From Actinomycetota bacterium (lineage in GTDB: Bacteria > Actinomycetota > CALGFH01 > JBBAAN01), in the NCBI GenBank assembly GCA_041658225.1, contig JBBAAN010000002.1, positions 2,124 through 66,123 of the forward strand: a stretch of DNA of 64,000 bases, in the 5' to 3' direction. The position numbers and the translations under genes were made by a program. Below the pieces are notes generated by a model. That model was not told where the DNA came from. It ran no database searches and saw only the letters and a list, made by a program, of their open reading frames with translations. How positions within the stretch are numbered: the first letter of the stretch is position 1; the number at the start of each line of letters is the position of its first letter. This document shows positions 60,920 through 64,000 of the stretch, in pieces.

Positions 60920-63583
60920 CTACCGACCGCCCTGCGTCGCGGCGGCCAGTTCCGATCGCGCCTGGATCGAGGCCAGCCCAAGCGCATCGGCCAGTCCCTC
61001 AGCCCGCGATCCACCGGCCATGGCCAATTCGTCCTTGCCACCGGCGCCCCCGCCGACGACCTTGGCGGCCTCGGTGAGAATCCGTCGAGCCGAAGCGCCG
61101 CGCTCCCGCTGCGCCCGGCCCACCACCGCAACGAGGTTGGCGCGCGAGCCGTCGGCCGAACCGAGCACCACCACGCCCCCGCCCAGCCCATCCAGCGTCG
61201 CGCGAACCTCCAGAGCAAGCTTGCGAAGCTCGTCCATGCCCAGCCCCGTCGCCTCGGCAACCACCACGCGCCCTCCGGCCTCCTCGGAGCCCGAGGCGGC
61301 AAGCTCCTTGGCGCGAACGGCAAGCTGGGCGGTGCGGAGCCTACCCAGTTCCTGCTCGGCGGCCTTCAGCGCCGCCAGGCTGCGCGAGAGCCGCTCGACT
61401 GCCTGGTCGGGGGGGGCCTTGAGCAGCGCCGTCATCTCGTGGAGGACGGCCTGCTCATGGTTGAGGTAGGACAAGGCATCCAGCCCGGTCAGGGCCTCGA
61501 TGCGCCGAAGGTTCGAGCCGATCGAGGACTCGCCCAGAACCTTCACCACCCCGATCTGCGCGATATGGGAGACGTGCGTTCCGCCGCAGAGCTCCACCGA
61601 GAAGTCCCCGACCTCCACCACCCGCACGATCTCTCCGTACTTCTCACCGAACAGCGCCATGGCCCCGATGGAGGCGGCGTAGGAGCGGGAAGTCTCATAG
61701 GCGTGCACGGACGGGTCCTCGGAAACCCGCTCGTTCACCGCCGCCTCGATCTGGGCCAGTTGATCCTTGGAGACCGCTCCGATGTGGGAGAAGTCAAAGC
61801 GCAGCCTGCCCGGCTCGACCAGGGACCCGGCCTGGACGGCGTGCTCACCCAGGTGGTGGCGAAGCGACCAGTGCAGCACGTGAGTGGCGGTGTGGCTTCG
61901 CGCGATCGCCGCCCGGCGCCGCGCGTTTACGACGCAGGTGACATCCTCCCCAAAGCGCACCTCCCCGCCGAGGATCCGCGCCCGGTGGACGCTCAGACCC
62001 TCGATGCCGTGCTGAACATCTACTACATCGAGGCGCGCGCCGGAAGCGGTCTCGATGATCCCGGTGTCTCCCACCTGACCGCCCGACTCGGCGTAGAAGG
62101 GCGTGCGGTCCAGCGCGATCTCGACCTCAGCGCCTTCCCCGGCGGCCGAGACCGGCTCCCCCGCAACGACCAGGGCCAGGATGCGACCCTCGGCCTCGGT
62201 GACCTGGTAGCCGAGGAAGTCCGTGGGACCGTGGGTCGCAACCACCTCGCGGAAGGCCTCGACGGCTCCCGCCGTCTCCCTGGTCTCGCGACCGGCCTCC
62301 TTGGCGCGGGTGCGCTGCTCCTGCATCAGCACCGCGAACGCGTCGCGATCCACCTCGAAGCCCTGCTCCGCGGCGGCCTCGACCGTGAGATCCAGTGGGA
62401 AACCGTAGGTGTCGTGCAGGCGGAAGGCGTCCTCGCCGGAGAGCACCCGGCTTCCGGCCTGCTTCGTGCGCTCGATGGCGCCCTCCAGCAACACCGTGCC
62501 CTGGCGCAGAGTGTGAGAGAACTGCTCCTCCTCGTTGCCGGCCACGGCCTCGATCAGCTTGCGTCCCTTGACCAGCTCGGGCCAGGCCTCACCCAGGGTG
62601 TCCACCACGGTGCCCACCACCTGGGGCAGCACGGCATGCTCCACGCCGAGCAGACGCAGGTGGCGAACGGCGCGCCGCAACAGGCGCCGCAGCACGTAAC
62701 CCCGTTCTTCGTTTGAGGGGAAGACCCCATCGGCGATGAGGAAGCTCGCCGAGCGCGCGTGGTCGGTGACGATGCGAAGCGAGACGTCGGTCCTGGGGTC
62801 CTCGCCGTATCCGCGGCCGGTCACCTGGGATACGCATGACACGATCGGCGCCATGACGTCGGTCTCGTAGACGGTGGGCACGTCCTGGAGCACGACCGCC
62901 ATTCGCTCCATACCCATCCCGGTGTCGATGTTCTTGCGCGGAAGCTCGCCCAGGATGTTGCCGGCATCGTCGCGAAGGCTCTGCATGAACACGAGGTTCC
63001 AGACCTCGAGGTAGCGGTCCTCGCTTCCCACGGCCGGGCCCCCGCCCGCCCCATAGGCCTCGCCCCGGTCGAAGTAGAGTTCAGAGCAGGGCCCGCACGG
63101 ACCGGCCACGCCCATGGACCAGAAGTTGTCCTCAGCGCCGCGGCGTTGCACGCGATCGGGCGCAACGCCCACCTGCCGCGTCCAGATCTCGAAAGCCTCG
63201 TCGTCGTCGTCGAAGACGGTCACCCAGAGCTTGTCCACGGGCAGGCCATAGTGCTTGGTCAGAAGCTCCCACGCCCACGGGCAGACCTCGGGCTTGAAGT
63301 AGTCACCGAAGCTGAAGTTGCCCAGCATCTCGAAGAAGGTCAGGTGCCGGGCGGTGAAGCCGACCTTCTCGATGTCGGTGGTGCGCGCGCATTTCTGCAC
63401 GGTGGTCGCGCGCGGGATCTCGGCAACGGCCTCGCCGAGGAAGTAGGGCTTGAACTGAACCATGCCGGCGGTGGTCAGCAGCAGGGTCGGATCGTTGGGG
63501 ATGAGACTGGACGAAGGCCAGCGCTTGTGCCCGCGGGCCTCGAAGAAGTCGGTGAACGTGGAGCGGATTTCCGCGCTTTGCAT
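60920..63583 (-). CDS. alaS: Alanine--tRNA ligase; start at MQSAEIRSTFTDFF.
   Basis: Class II aaRS motifs, editing-domain HxxxH, C-terminal DHHA1-like region; about 887 aa. Confidence 0.95.
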   Translation of the reverse strand: MQSAEIRSTFTDFFEARGHKRWPSSSLIPNDPTLLLTTAGMVQFKPYFLGEAVAEIPRATTVQKCARTTDIEKVGFTARHLTFFEMLGNFSFGDYFKPEVCPWAWELLTKHYGLPVDKLWVTVFDDDDEAFEIWTRQVGVAPDRVQRRGAEDNFWSMGVAGPCGPCSELYFDRGEAYGAGGGPAVGSEDRYLEVWNLVFMQSLRDDAGNILGELPRKNIDTGMGMERMAVVLQDVPTVYETDVMAPIVSCVSQVTGRGYGEDPRTDVSLRIVTDHARSASFLIADGVFPSNEERGYVLRRLLRRAVRHLRLLGVEHAVLPQVVGTVVDTLGEAWPELVKGRKLIEAVAGNEEEQFSHTLRQGTVLLEGAIERTKQAGSRVLSGEDAFRLHDTYGFPLDLTVEAAAEQGFEVDRDAFAVLMQEQRTRAKEAGRETRETAGAVEAFREVVATHGPTDFLGYQVTEAEGRILALVVAGEPVSAAGEGAEVEIALDRTPFYAESGGQVGDTGIIETASGARLDVVDVQHGIEGLSVHRARILGGEVRFGEDVTCVVNARRRAAIARSHTATHVLHWSLRHHLGEHAVQAGSLVEPGRLRFDFSHIGAVSKDQLAQIEAAVNERVSEDPSVHAYETSRSYAASIGAMALFGEKYGEIVRVVEVGDFSVELCGGTHVSHIAQIGVVKVLGESSIGSNLRRIEALTGLDALSYLNHEQAVLHEMTALLKAPPDQAVERLSRSLAALKAAEQELGRLRTAQLAVRAKELAASGSEEAGGRVVVAEATGLGMDELRKLALEVRATLDGLGGGVVVLGSADGSRANLVAVVGRAQRERGASARRILTEAAKVVGGGAGGKDELAMAGGSRAEGLADALGLASIQARSELAAATQGGR

Positions 63584-63597
63584 GATCCCTGGGTTCC

Positions 63598-63858
63598 CTA
63601 GTGTCGGGGAATCTCGTCGGCGTCGGGCAGGAACTGCGCGTTCAGCTCTTCCTCGCGCTCGCGCATCGCCTCCCGGTACTCGGTCAGACCCTCTTTGACC
63701 CGATCGCCCAAAGCGGCGGCCGCTCCGGAGAGCCGCCCGGCCACGGACGTGGGCGCCAGCTTCTCCTTCGTGCGCCCCGCCCAGCGAACCAGTGCGACCC
63801 CGGCCGCGAGACCGCATCCCAAACCCAGGAAGGTATAGAAGAGTCGCTTCACCGCCAC
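63598..63858 (-). CDS. Small hypothetical protein with an N-terminal membrane anchor, upstream of alaS.
   Basis: 86-aa ORF, GTG start, hydrophobic N-terminus LFYTFLGLGCGLAAGVALV; no family assignable from sequence. Confidence 0.35.
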   Translation of the reverse strand: MAVKRLFYTFLGLGCGLAAGVALVRWAGRTKEKLAPTSVAGRLSGAAAALGDRVKEGLTEYREAMREREEELNAQFLPDADEIPRH

Positions 63859-63889
63859 CCCTGCCCGATCGACGGCCGGCCGGCCGTCC

Positions 63890-64000
63890 TCACTTGCCCT
63901 GCTTGCCCTTGCGACCGGCCCTGCCGGCCACTTTCTTCGCCCCGCGCCTCAACCCGTAGCCGAAGGCCGCCATCTTGACCAGCGGGCCGGCCACGGTCGC
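63890..64000 (-). CDS. 3' end of an unidentified gene, 5' part outside window, with a Lys/Ala/Gly-rich C-terminal tail.
   Basis: Reverse translation ...ATVAGPLVKMAAFGYGLRRGAKKVAGRAGRKGKQGK then TGA at 63890-63892. Confidence 0.25.
   Translation of the reverse strand, partial: ATVAGPLVKMAAFGYGLRRGAKKVAGRAGRKGKQGK

Overview
High-GC (about 70%) chromosomal segment with strongly actinobacterial synteny; almost all genes are on the minus strand. 

The conserved backbone is:
- gmk-mihF-pyrE-pyrF-pyrD-pyrK-carB-carA-pyrC-pyrB-pyrR, a pyrimidine operon with 4-nt GTGA/ATGA start-stop overlaps and a PyrR attenuator upstream.
- A Liv-type ABC importer: two tandem substrate-binding lipoprotein paralogs, livF, and a fused LivH-LivM-LivG polypeptide carrying a C-terminal K/A/P-rich tandem repeat. 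A Phd/RelE-type toxin-antitoxin pair is inserted inside this operon.
- xylB and a 1280-aa four-domain fused ABC exporter.
- nusB-efp-pepP-aroQ-aroB-aroK-aroC.
- aroE-mltG-ruvX-alaS.

Between aroC and aroE (about 31.1-58.3 kb) lies a roughly 27-kb insertion encoding a complete type IVa pilus machine. It comprises pilB, pilT with an acidic N-terminal extension, pilC, two pilA genes sharing an identical 80-bp 5' segment, pilD, and pilM/N/O plus a PilP-like bitopic protein. It also carries a small HTH regulator and a duplicated minor-pilin/PilX cassette flanked by two prepilin-type FN3-domain proteins.

Embedded in this island is a glycan-assembly locus. A Wzy_C/O-antigen-ligase-family gene sits inside the pilBTC-pilA operon and is a candidate pilin O-oligosaccharyltransferase. 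The locus also holds an undecaprenyl-phosphate sugar transferase, a GT2, an unusual GT4::Wzx-flippase fusion, a divergent dual-GT2 gene and a methyltransferase.

This pilus-plus-pilin-glycosylation island in a presumably monoderm actinobacterium is the most notable candidate system. No rRNA, tRNA, CRISPR or transposase/integrase genes were seen.
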